Positions 47,901 through 60,972 of a DNA stretch of 64,000 nt are shown here, piece by piece. The DNA comes from Azolla caroliniana (taxonomy: Eukaryota; Plantae; Polypodiophyta). The stretch is taken from contig JBHGNT010000002.1 of the NCBI GenBank assembly GCA_043228905.1, forward strand, positions 23,622,001 through 23,686,000. Direction: 5' to 3'. Each line of letters opens with the position of its first letter. The first letter of the stretch is position 1. The notes below the pieces were generated by a model. It was not told the DNA's origin. It did no database searches and saw only the letters and a program-made list of their open reading frames with translations. The translations under genes were made by a program, and so were the position numbers.

Positions 47901-49400
47901 GTTTATTCCAAATTGGGTAGCTCTTCTTGTAAGCATTATATATGAGGTTAATATCAAGAACTTGAATGATACAATTGAATGAAGCTCCATAATATAGCAA
48001 ACAATGAAGACAAGGCAAATTGGTTGGTTAACATTATAATTTATCTCAACTTTGAATCAGTACCATTATTGTTGCATGGTTTAATAGATATGTGTGGAGC
48101 TAGATCAGATCAAAAGTCACATTAGAGATGTTGTAATCAAGTGCATTAGATAAATAAATAAAAATACTTCAAATGTTTTAAATAGGCTTGTCAAGCTCAA
48201 TATTATAACAAATTTGTGTGTTTCAAGCAATTTGTACAAATGGTCCAATGGATTCATATCCTATAAAATGCTTTAGAGATCATTTTGTACAATCCTCCAT
48301 CTGGACATATCATGATTGTGAGAAGTAATGAAGAACCTACTTTTAAAAAGGTCTTGTATGACAAAGTAATTCTTGATTCATAAAAACTAATATTCATGCA
48401 ATTGAATGGATATGTAAACCTCAATTGTTTTCTCACAAGTTGTGTTTAAGTTGCAACTTCTTTAGTTTTTGGAGGAAAATGTTCACTGTAAGACTAATTT
48501 ATTAGAGCATTATGCGTATGACAATACACTACTATGGAGAGCCAAATAGATGTGTACATGACAATACAAAGAGATTGCTCCAATCATGCATCAAAGATAC
48601 TAATTTAAGTAGTTGGAATTAAGTGATTAAAATGTTTAAGTAGCCTTATGTGCCTAAAGATAGTTGGTGTCTACCCAATATATAGTGACAACATGTTCCT
48701 CCACCATTGCAAGAATGCCCCAAAACTAGTGTAGGGAAATCTAGTTCTCTTGAAGCACATTGTGCTCCTACTTTCCATTGCAAGCATGGGACATGTTACA
48801 TATATGAGTGGGCACAAAGAATACTTCGAAGATACTAAATTGCAAAGTCCAATTTTCTTGAATATTTTAAAGGTCCATTGACAGTGTACAACTAAACTCC
48901 TCAACCCTAAGCTTCTCATGCATAGTATGAATAAAGGTCTTGGAAGACAAGACCCTCTTGAGGTCTAGTTGTAATGAGCAATCACACACATAACAAGAAG
49001 ACTAGCATCCACTTGTAAGTAACAATCCTTTACATGATACATAACCCAATCGACTTTCCGAAAGTGATGGAGAACAAATTCAATCAAACCATGTCAAATA
49101 GCCCATCTGTGGCATGAGTAATAATTGTCACCAAGCAGTACACCAACAGAAGTCATCAAATTGAGGTTAATATCACGTATCATGATCACATGATACTTGG
49201 ATCTTGAAAAGAAGAGGACCTATATAAGATACCTAAACCCTAATTGTTAGATGTTGAGGGCAAGAATAAAAATAAGACCACTTACCAACTTATCTTATTT
49301 GAGGTAAGTTGCGAGGCAGATTTTCAAATCTTTGATTCCACAACAAGAACATTTGACATTCAATGGTGATTAGATAAAAAAAAGACGATCAAAAGGAGAT
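42000..49400. mobile_element. Gene-free region, probably decayed transposon sequence (possible CxC/KDZ-like relic on - strand)
   Basis: No spliceable gene found. Scattered interrupted Cys/His motifs on the - strand (see findings). Confidence 0.3.
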
Positions 49401-49824
49401 GAAATCATGAGGTATTCACATTTCAACTTTGTGCGACGTATATTTAAATATTAAGAAGGTAAAATGATCACCCTTGACACATATTTGATCCAAAGCTTAT
49501 TAAAATCACCACCATATGCAATGTCAAGATTAGTGGACTGCATGTATATACCATTGGTGTCAATTGACCAAGCGTTTAACGAACATTACTTCAATTTCAA
49601 ATGCACAAATTGCATCTTCCATCTGCTTACATTGAAGAATGATATATACATCGTCTTGCATCTAGTTCTCAATTTTTGACTGTATGCAAGAAAAATTCAG
49701 GTTTACAATCTAGCTTTCTTTACATGCTTTCAAAATTCGGAGCATAAACAATTTCGTAAATGGCAATAGACCCCACGCTAATATAAGGAATAAGAAAGAA
49801 AAAAGAAAACAATCCTCGAAGACA

Positions 49825-52800
49825 TTAGTTTGAGACTAAATTTTCATGTAGACTACCCGATGGTGGCCGATGACGAAATAGCTTTGCGATGCTCTTGCGC
49901 TCACAGTCCTGCATCAATATCACATTGTAAATACCCATCCAGCAAAGTGCACCAATTTTTTCAATTGTTCCTTTTTATATCTTGTAATGAGGGGTAGATT
50001 ACAATCCATTTGTAGCAACTGAGGATAGGGAGTCAAACTCTTGACAACAAAAATGTTTTCTCTGACTTCATTTTATTTCTCCCAAGGGGAATTAATTGCC
50101 ATTCACAGAACTGAGTGGCAAAAGCAGTCAAATTCTGGACATATGGGTCGCCAATTCAGTTAAAAGATTGTATTTTTGTTCTCTTAATGTGGGGTAGATT
50201 GCCAATTGCAGTAACAAAGGAACCAAATTCCCGACCTTCACCTTACATAATGACAAGCAGTTAAAAAAAAAAAAGATTTGTCCTGTCTCTTCAATTAGAG
50301 GGGAATGAATAGCCATTTATGGAACCCGAGGGTTGGACAAACTCGAGACTTATGACTTACATGGCATATAAATAAGAATGATTTCTTGCGCTAAAGAAAC
50401 AAATAACAAACTGCAAGGCCAAAAAGAAAAAAGAAATGGTTCTCAACAATGATAGAAACTCACCTTAAACATGTTGAGATGAAACTGCTTCCCTGGATTT
50501 GATCTAACAAGCTTCATGTATGTGTATGCAAAGCTTAGCTGGTCACGAGATGTAAATCGATCTACTTCATTGAACCATAAACAAGAGAAAAGATTTGACA
50601 TAGGAGAATGCTCTCGAATGATAAATGAACCTTCGGGAACATCTGCAAAGGTCTCAACAGAAAAAACATGCTGAATATACATGCAGTGGGGGGACCGGAA
50701 CTGACCAAAACTTTGGTACAAACAAAATGTAAAATTTGTGAGTTTTGGATTTAAAAACATACTGCTTGAGAGTAGCCTTTTGGGATCTGATGCATTGAAT
50801 CTTGTTAACCCATCTGCCTTGTAGAAGGCAAACTGCTCATCAATCACTGTATGATTGTACTTATTCAGTCTCTTATTTTGTTGCACTTCTTCCCAGACAC
50901 AATGTCGATCATAGTGATTTGAAATTGCGTATTCATGACCTCCTCTCCATAAAAAATACTCTAAAATTAAGATAGGATCATTTTGCAAACGAAGCTTGCT
51001 ATCAAGCCATATTGAGAACCTGCAGTACATTATCATACTGGGTAAATGTCATACAATCTCTCATCCATTATGTATATGTATACCCATGCAACGGTATAAA
51101 TATTTCTGTTACCTAAGAAGAGAAGTCTAAATATCTAAATAAACAAAATGATATTAAACACCATGAATTTCAACCTCTGATGATGAGACACCCAAGAACT
51201 AGAAAATTCAATGAATACCAACGATACTAAGAGTTCAATCGGACTTGTGTATAGAGGTAAAGCAACCAAGATAGGCCCATTTGCATGGAGATAGCTTTGT
51301 CCATGCAGAGACTACATGGCTACCGTCCAAACACTAGACTTAGGGTTTATGGGGCTTAGTTACTCTTGTGAACTTAATTTCCTCTGCTAAGTAGTGGTGT
51401 TTAGCTTGATCTTTCTGAGATCATAAATTATTAACCAAAAGTGTAGTATGAGAAGCGCATATTCCTGTAGCCAGTTGATAGGCCTCAGTATCAGGCTCAG
51501 AGGATTATTGTTGGGTTATGGTGGATAACCTTTTGCTTTGTATTTGTTAACCACAAATTATACTTCACTAGATTTATTTCTACTTGATTCTTAATAATAT
51601 CCGTTACCTAGCAGCTGGAAACAGCCGATGAGCCAAAAGTTTTGGAATCTTCCCGACCCGGCGTGCATCCATGTAAGGCATATTTCTCACTAATACAACT
51701 TTCCATGAACCAAGATAACCTTTCTCATTGACTTGTTGCCCCTCCAGCTTCATCACATCCAATGTTTGTTGATCCACAAACATAACAAAGCACACATCCT
51801 TCTTGAAAGATCCAATCAACTGCACACCCAATAGACCCTTTTGTTCAATATAAATACATGGTTATGATATAGGCTTAATCCACCAATAGAAGTGCATACC
51901 CTACGATTTCTTGGTGAACGGATGTTATCTGAACTCCCAAAAATGCAAGAAGTCACAGCAATCTTACAAGTGCTCATATATTGAGTATCCTCTTCTGTCA
52001 GATCAAAACCTGATGATCTAGAACTACCGTATTCCTGGATAAAACCACAATGGATAGGCTGATCTGAAGCAATGAAAGAATTATTCCTTTGAAGGAGTGT
52101 CTGATGACCAGCAAACCTTGGCTCCCAACCAGCTATTCCCTGAGGATCTTCATATTGTATGTAGTTTAAGGAGAAGTTCTCAAACTTTTTGTTAGGTTTG
52201 GGTTCCTGAACACCAGCAGTTGTGTCAAGAAAATCAATGTTGCACAGATAACCTGGTTTAAAAGAAACACAGTTAATTATCACACATAAAAAGGTTCTAT
52301 TTAGTCAAGAATGCTATTCTTTCTTAACAGTGGTTTCTGGTGCTATTTTGAGACAACCAAGTATTGAATTTAACTCCCCACCTGTGACTCACAATGCCAG
52401 GGGCCAAACCACAAGAATAACCCCGTACTCCCAGGAGAGAACTGATAAGTCGTTCTTTTCTTAATCTCTCTCTCAGGAATGAAGTGCTTCACAAGATTTC
52501 TTTTTCCTCCCTCTAGAGCAATTAGGAGGTTCATGAATAGATGCTCAGTTCAATTTTTTGATTAAAATTTCATGACACAATCATAACTCTACATATACTA
52601 GATCATTATCATTGTTAACTCAGATATTTGTCTAGTGTTGGCCAGGTTAAAGAAAATAAACAGTGATAGTGTGATCAACTTTAAACAGGACAGCATTTCT
52701 TCGGAACAGTACACCATAATATACATGACACATACATTTAATGAAGGTTTTCCGTAGGCTGACAAGATAAGATTATATGTGCTGGTGACAAACACGTCTT

Positions 52801-55800
52801 TCAAGTAGTACTGAACTCTTTGAACTAAATTGTTTACATAGTGTAATGACTTTGATTTGACTTTCTTTGAATAGGATTGTATATGTAGGTGATGACCAGG
52901 TCTTTCATGTAGTCAATTCTTTGGACTAAAGTGTTTACATGATGTAATGATTTTAATTTGACTTGATTGATTTGAATAGAAGGAAACCATGCTCTAAAAG
53001 AAGACAAAAACATGGAACTTAGTATATGAATTTACGTTCATGATGCCGTGTTTTTTGTGCTGATTCCTGCCACAATGCAGATGGTCTTCTTGTACTTCTG
53101 CTATCACTTTCTGTATGCATTGCATTTAATATCTTTGAACTTTCCATAGAATTGTTCATTTCACTGCTGTTATGTAGCCCTCTGCCAGGTTCAAGGCTAT
53201 GATGAGAATCCATGAATTTGTTTCGATGATCTTCCTTTCCCAATTCATGTGTAAGCTCATCATAATTATTATTAGTATTATAAAAGAAATCTTCCTCTAC
53301 GAGGAAATGTTTTGTTCTGGCCCCTTCTGTTGAATTTGGCTGACTAAGATCCTCATCGAAAGTTCTGGCTTCAATGGTTTGACTACCTTTGTTACTAACA
53401 TGATTTCTTGGCTCCTCTCTGTCGTTCAAGTATTCTATATGTTTTGTTTTGGAAGTATAATTTTCTTGCTCTAAATCTGCTTCAAGTTTTTGTTCATATT
53501 CACGCAGCTCTTTTCGGCCTTTCTCATTGTACAAGCCTCCATTGCCTGTATTAGACAGCTTCAAAGCATTATTTTTCTTGGAAACTCTACTTTTCTCAGA
53601 AATAGCTCTATGATTAGTTTTCCCATCATCTTCATCTAATGCCACATCACTATCATAATCTGAATATTTGTTACGCCTCCTATCATCTTTATCCCAGTAT
53701 CGTGAATCTCTGTTTACGAGTTCCTCCTTTGGTAGAGATGCCTTGCCAAACTGAAGAGCCCTTTTCCTCTTATGACTATTTTCATCGTCAACATCCTCTT
53801 CCCAATCTGTAATAATTGTATACGAATCGACATTCAGCAAAATGTCGCATGGGTTTTGGAACCAACATTACATTAGGATACAAGCATAAACATCACTACG
53901 AAGAAAACATCTCCTGTGTTAGCTTACCATGTCTGTTGTGATTGACAACAAAATATTTTCTATGACAGCTGAATTTGTAAATAGTTACTTTAGCAGCTCA
54001 GAAGCAAAGAATCACAACATCAAAAGAGTAATAATAAAATAGGAAAAGAAAGATCATTATTACGCATGATATGGTGACTCATTGGTAATAATATTGTACA
54101 GAAAAACCATAAATTATATAGGTTGCGTCTAAATCGACGTATTGCCAAGAAAATGCGAAAAAAGATTGGGAAACAATCCAACAATAGGGATTAGATTTCC
54201 TTTAGAGATAAGAAAGGTATATTAATGTCGTCTTTTAAGAGGTCAAACAAGAGATTACATCTTACAATGTTTTTCTTGTCTTGAGAACAGAAAACCAAAA
54301 TAAACACTAACTAATTATATGGTATTAGATACTCTACATATCCAAAAACTTGATTCTAAACTTCGATAGAATGAAATGATCAATCCAGGAAGTGCAAGAT
54401 TCCTTGCAAACAAAGATGAGCCACAATACCCAAATGAAGTGAGATATTAAAAGACCAAACTCCTTAATTATCTAGTCTATCTATATGCCAAATAATATCA
54501 CAAATTACAACGCTGCCTCCTTGAACATAGAACAAATATCATTCTACAGTGGCATTAGAAGATTAGAAAATTATTATGTTTAACAGCCATCACTCTAGAA
54601 CGACATCTATTCTAATAGAGACACAATGGACAAGGCAGCGGATCAGCTTCTTTTGTTAGATATTGGCTCATGAGCGAGACAGTATAAATTGCCATCCCAT
54701 TGTTGGCAGACTAAAAAACTTATCATTGCAATATTCTCCACTCTACTAGAAAAAATGGCATCCACTCTCCCTATGTATTTCCTTCCCCTGATTAGTCACC
54801 AATGTCTTCGAGATACAGAGCCAAGATGAAGGACAAATCATTCATATTTGTATGCACAGAGGTAAATATACGTCAGACCATCACATATATACAGACCCAT
54901 GTAAATGTATGTATACATGACACCAAAACCAAGAGTTTGAGTATGAATATAAAACATACAGAAAACCCAAAAAGAGAAAATAAGCTAGTAAAATATGCAT
55001 CCAAATACAGCAGGTATGGGTGCAATCTTCACTGCTGCACCTGAAGGAGGCAGGATGGAAGAAAGAATTCCTTCCTCTGAAGAGATGGACAAAGTGAGAA
55101 TGGTATTTAATGTTCTGAGCATTTTTAATTCCAAAGACAGCCATCCATACATCCAACTGATTTTGCAGTGGCACTGCATTTATGCTGGTGCTATTAATGC
55201 CCATATATTTGACATGAAAATAACTATCATAAAGCTTATACCTTGAAAGAACAGTGTGCTAAATATACATCAGAACTTCTCGTCATCAACATGTTTCTGT
55301 TACAATGTTTACATATTTTCTTGAATGCTCATCCATTTCTCAATGTCAACATTTTTTTATTATAACGTTTAGGTATTTTTTATGAGAATCACAATTTTTT
55401 CTGTCAGGTTACACAAGATTCCCAGAAGAATTCACAAGAGAATTCTGATGCAAAAAACTACTCACTTGAATTCATTTTTGAGGAGTCACTAAGATTGTTT
55501 CTGGAGTTCCAGAATGTGCGCAAACTCGATTGATCCTGTAAGAACGTTGTATTAGCCAGAGCTTTCTTAAAGAAATAGGTACCATGATGTAGTAATAGAC
55601 GTGTTCAAACCCAATACCTGATTTTCAAAGAAATCATGTGTTTGCAACAATGTCGGTTGACCTGTCATATAAGGAACAAGAAACAAAAATTTCAAGCTAA
55701 GAACCTACGATCGTAAATTGAGGTATGTTCTATAGTACGTAGCATAGCGAATGAGCAAAATCGTTTTGTCAGAATACACATGCATCAGAGAGAATTATGT

Positions 55801-58256
55801 GGAGATGGTCATACTTATGTGAGGCACTAAAATATGCCTTCCAGAGAATGGTGGAGTGTAGAAATGTGACCTTAGGCTGCTGCATGGTATCATAAACAAT
55901 GTCCCGAAACATCAAAATTACACAAAACTAACAAATTGGTCGATATTATCAAACTCCCACTGCTTGACTTGAATCCTTGCTTTAGAGTTGAGAACTGAAA
56001 AACTTGTAGACGTCATCTTTTTCTTTCCTTTATGTTTCCGGAATCCACACAAATGTTCATTGTTATTATGTCATTTATAAGGATGGTGTGCAGGATGGAG
56101 AAGGCCAAGACAAACCACGGCAACCAAAAGAATGAGGCTTGGTCTATGGATAGGAAGATAGGAGACCATGCACAAGGGTAATTACTCCTTTATAGACCGA
56201 AATCTTAGATTAACCTTCCAGACCAAAGAGATCCTAACTGAAGGACCATCATCCACCAGTTAATGGATCTCTCTCTAGACCAATAATATGGACACGTTGG
56301 ACATCCAATCATGCCTTATAGACACAAACTCAAAGAAATGGAACAATGACGCCAAGAATGGGAAATTGGAATGCCGTCCGCTCACATAACCACAACATTT
56401 TGGGGCACCCAATCACATCTTCTCAATGTGATGCCATTTAGCATGAGAAGGGCAGTCACCTTGCTCTCCACACAAAGTCATGATCTTGAAATTGAGAATG
56501 GAGCTTGGAGAACAAGCCAGGAAAAACAGCATTTGCGCACTCTTCCGTCATTTGTGCACTCTTCCGTCATCAGGGTATCAAAGATGAGGAGGATTTCATG
56601 CAATCACATCAAACATTCAAGGCTGTCTAACAATGCTTTCCACTATCAATTCCCGTATCAACCAGCCTCACACAACTTCTTCAAGTTGTAAACTTGTACA
56701 TACCAACAGCAGCCTCTTAGGAACAAATTTGTACTGTCTACTAATGCATAGAAGGGACCTTAAGAAAATACAAGAGCCACAAGTGGCTATAGTCTCTGGT
56801 GCAGTAACACTCTTTTTTTGGGCCATCATGTTTCTGTCCTTGCAAGGACCTTAAAATATCATATCATAGATTGATTTTGGCCTCCAATAGACATTCATAT
56901 ATTCTTCTGTTTTTCTTTCTTTGCTTTGCGTAATTTGACTCCATGATCTCATCCCTCAAAGTCAACCTTTACCATTTATGTCATAAAATCCCTCAGGTGC
57001 TATTATATGTGCCAAGGACAATGTATCTTTATGAGATGAAGTTCATGAGCTGTTAAGGTATGTCTTAAAAAGCATTACTTTCAGTAATAAAGTATGTGAG
57101 CTGCTAACATGTGCCTTAGAGAAGACGTACCTTTATGTCGCCAGAGAAACGAGAGAAGATACCCTCCTCCAATGACACTGACACTGACAACACTCAGAAC
57201 AATCAAAAGGAAAACTCCATATTCACGACCAGAATGAGGTACCCTCACTGCTGAATAACGTGATTGCCTTCGTCCTCGATTACTGTAATATTTTGATCCA
57301 CTTCGGCTACTAGTAGAATCTGAAGGAGGCCTGATGCCATACGCATTTACATTCCCCTCAGTTATTACAATATAATAGTACAATCCAAATATTCTACAAC
57401 TTGTAGCATCTGAAAGATTCCTAATGCCATCATATTCACATGCACATTTACATACTTGATACTGTTCACATTCACACACCCAATACCATTTGGTATTCAC
57501 ATATGTGATACTTGTCACAATGATACATGATGCAGTTGACAATTACATAGGAAAACCGATACACAATACTAATCACATGCACATAAGTGATAAGATTGAC
57601 ACCACATACATGATACAGTCACAAACATGATAACATTCAAATTAACATACACAATACTAATCACATGCACATAAGTGATAAGATTGACATCACATACATG
57701 ATACAGTCACAAACATGATAACATTCAAATTAACATGCACAATACTAATCTCATGCACATAAGTGATAAGATTGACATCACATACATGATACAGTCACAA
57801 ACATGATAACATTCACATACAATGACGCATTATACAAATCAAATTCAAAATGATACCTGAACATCCACACACCAGATTCCTGATACCATTAACATTCACA
57901 GACCTCATACAGTTCACTTTACAATATGCATGATACCATTCAAATATACATACATCTTGTAACTCGAATTCGAATTCGAATTCAAACTCACACTCACATG
58001 GATGATATCATTCACATTCAAACCATGTACACAATGCCATTCAATTCAGATTCCGACACGTACATACACCTGATACCATTCAAATTCAAATTTGCATACT
58101 AATACCATTCAAATTCAGGTTCATATACCTGATACCATTCACATTCCTTCCTTCAACAGAGTTTCTGATTGGAACAGCATCGTTGAGATTATGATGATCT
58201 TGAGAACGAAGAGAAGGTGCAGAAATCCCACCTCCTTGCAAGATGTAAGAGCTCAT
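49825..58256 (-). CDS. DUF616 / TOD1-MUCI70-like glycosyltransferase-family type II membrane protein (EMB2756-like)
   Basis: Confident exons are 53806-53036, 52252-51900, 51819-51608, 51019-50763, 50642-50464 and 49908-49825 (TAA). Probable 5' exons are 58256-58129, 57330-57131 (TM helix GVFLLIVLSVVSVSVIGGGYLL), 55661-55618 and 55535-55466. Motifs RDSRYWDKDDRRR, WEPRFAGHQTL, DARRVGKIPKLLAHRLFP, SIWLDSKLRL, SNHYDRHCVWEEV, NLFSCLWFNEVDRFTSRDQLSF and DCERKSIAKLFRHR. Confidence 0.9.
57562..57820. repeat. 88-bp near-perfect tandem repeat, 3 copies
   Basis: CACAATACTAATCACATGCACATAAGTGATAAGATTGACA.CACATACATGATACAGTCACAAACATGATAACATTCA starts at 57562, 57650 and 57738. Confidence 0.95.
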
Positions 58257-58375
58257 TTTTCACGCATCTTTATCTTCAATCCCTGTCATCCACTCCTTTG
58301 TGTGTTAAACACAAGAATCCGTATTCTAATGGGCACATCTTTCCTTTTCAATCATAAGGAACCAATTGTTTTACA

Positions 58376-58413
<38 letters not shown>

Positions 58414-58993
58414 TGCTTTAACTAGAACCAGAGGATGCTCCAAATTTGCAATCTGATTTTTGTCTGAGATAATGTACCGGATCACCAGCTTCCTTGCAAC
58501 TTCGCTACCTAAATCTCTAGAATGTAATTGGGCGACCAAAGATTCAAATTAGAGTGTTTTTTTTCCCTTCTATTCTCGAACTCAATTAGGGTTTATATCC
58601 TATTTCCTGTGATAGAGAGAGAGAGACACACACACACACACAGGGAGTATGGAAGAATCTGTTTTGGCAAATTACCAGAATACCCCTCTGAGAGACTTTT
58701 CAGGAAATCTTGTTTTAGATATCTACTAAAATAGCCCTATGAGAAAGAAAGATACATTAACGTCTTCTAAGACCAAAATTGGCCTATGAGAGAGAGAGAG
58801 AGAGAGAGAGAGCACATGTTTCGGAGACTTTGGCAGTTGCAGAAAGCCAACGTGAGACCCAAGAGATGGACGGTGGTGATACCCATGTAGGACACTGCAT
58901 CTGGAGACTTGGGCAGTTGCATTAACAACTAACGTGGGACCCAAGAGATAGATGCTAAGAGTGATGTATGAAAAAGGGATGCTATGTATTATT

Positions 58994-59027
<34 letters not shown>

Positions 59028-59438
59028 ACCGAAATGTCGTAAGTTGTTTTGGAAATTTACCAAGATAGTCCCTACGAGAGAGAGAGAGAGAGAGATTGTT
59101 CCAAAATAAAAAGCTTGTGGTTGCAACACATTTGGAATATACGTAAATCTTTCATGTTTGATTGTGTAGGGCATCATGGGATGAAAGCCCATGAAAGGCA
59201 TTCTCATGTAGAATTTTTGGATGTCGAAGTATATGGGGATCATTCCCTCAAATGCATATATCAGGTTTTCCATGGCTTTATGTGATGTTCCTATATGTAC
59301 CTACATAGCTAGAGAAGGCTAAGAAGTTGTAACAATGGGTTTTACATGCAACTAATATAATTGTGTGCTTTTACACACATGGAGTCAAAGCATTTCTACG
59401 AAAGTTGAAGGGAGCACTAAGTGACAATTTTCTTTATC

Positions 59439-59675
59439 GGAGCAAGTAGAGATTCTTTCCTCAATGGAGTGCTTGTCTATTGGCAATTTAACATGTTCCA
59501 CTACCCATGTAGCATAGTTAGTGGGTGACCATAGTCCATTGTGACACCCATTGTAAGTGTTTCTCACACACATTTTCACAAACGAGAGAGAGAGAGAGAG
59601 AACACTCAATTGGTAAGGTTGTCAAGCAAAGACTATGGATTCAATCGCCGTACAATTCACAATGGCATCTAGCAA
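59439..59675 (+). repeat. Diverged copy of the repeat at 60622-60865, including a decayed tRNA-like head
   Basis: GGAGCA.GTAGA.ATTCTTT.C.CAATGGAGTGCT...CATG.TCCACTACCC.TGTAG...(GA)n...CTCA.TTGGTAAGGTTG...TGGCATCTAG is shared by both loci. Confidence 0.7.
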
Positions 59676-60777
59676 GTTATGAAAAGAATAAATGATGTAA
59701 TAATTATATGTGGAAGTCGATAGTCTAACATGTTGTCATTGTAATCTAATTATAAGACAGGGATGGATTTTATGTTTGTCTATTGAGGTCAACTATGACA
59801 TGACACCAAATCCATGTTGTATAATGTTTGATGTTGAATATCGACTCTAGATGTTCACAAATTTTACTAATAAATGTTTTGATTTAGGAGTGCACATTGG
59901 AACTATAGGAGAAATGTGTGTAGGCATTAAATTGGATTGACAATGTGCGGAAAAGCAAACTCTAATGTGATGGAACGTGGAGCATTGTAATAGGTTTGAT
60001 GCTCTAGGCTCACAAGGAGGTATGGATTTGCTACTTAGGGAAATTTTGCTCAAATGACAAATACCATTGAGAGATGTATGGAAATGCTATTTTTGGCACA
60101 AGTGACTAGTAATATCTTGGGTACCATTGTTCCATTGAGTCTCTTCAATGGTTATCATCTAAGGCTGAACAAGAATGGAAACTCTAGTTATGGACGGTGG
60201 AAAAACTTGAAATATAGTTGCCATTCTAATTGCAACTTGTAGCAAAGGTCTTCATTTGGAGTGTATTGATGGGGGTTTGCCTTTGGGATTAGCTCTAAAG
60301 CAACATGGACTAATACTAGGCAATGACTTCTTTGGTAGTGTTTAAGTGGAGAGATAATACTCATTGTTTCATCACTTCATAATTGAAGTTCTATTTCTCA
60401 GATTCGGCAATTCTTGCCATGTTGTTATTTGATGCCAAGATGGCTGGTGTTCACATAATTGAGACGGGTTGACATAAAATCAAATATTGGAGATCGTTTT
60501 CCTATTTCTATAGGGATTACGTCACAATTGGGATATGTGCAATGCTTTTATATTTGATGGTAAGCATGAAGTTAAAGTATATATATGGAAGTTGGAGTAC
60601 TGATCTTACAATTTCTTTATTGGAGCACGTAGAAATTCTTTCCCCAATGGAGTGCTCATCTTGCATGTTTGCGATTCAACATGATCCACTACCCTTGTAG
60701 TGGTGACCACAATCAAATGTGGTAACATTGTAGTGTTTTTCACACATCTTCACCAAAGAGAGGGAGAGAGAGAGAGA

Positions 60778-60972
60778 GATGGATGTAGCTCAGTTGGTAA
60801 GGTTGCCCAATGGAGACCAGGTGGTCATGGGTTCAACCCCTACATTCCACAGTGGCATCTAGTGAAATAGAGATATATATGAAGTATATAATAGAGAGGT
60901 GAGGAAATTGGGTTTTGAACCCAACACACAATGCTTGTAGTGTCATCGACTTACCACTAGGGTAAGCTAATT
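60778..60972 (+). mobile_element. tRNA-derived SINE-like composite repeat (most intact copy)
   Basis: Pol III A box TAGCTCAGTTGG (60786-60797) and B box GGTTCAACCCC (60830-60840). Homologous copies at 27619-27780 (-), 59605-59672 and 2193-2225. It does not fold as a proper cloverleaf. Confidence 0.7.

Noticed and set aside
53928-53968. Extra small exon in the DUF616 gene (strong ATG|GTAAGC donor)
   Set aside because: Candidate acceptors give 5, 32 or 41 nt exons that break phase with the neighbouring exons I could define. Left unresolved without transcripts.
274-58256. U12-type or non-canonical introns
   Set aside because: All reconstructed junctions are GT-AG and none has the GTATCCTT or ATATCCTT donor.
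60779-60852. Functional tRNA gene
   Set aside because: A and B boxes are present, but the D, anticodon and T stems do not pair properly and diverged copies exist elsewhere. Treated as a tRNA-derived repeat.
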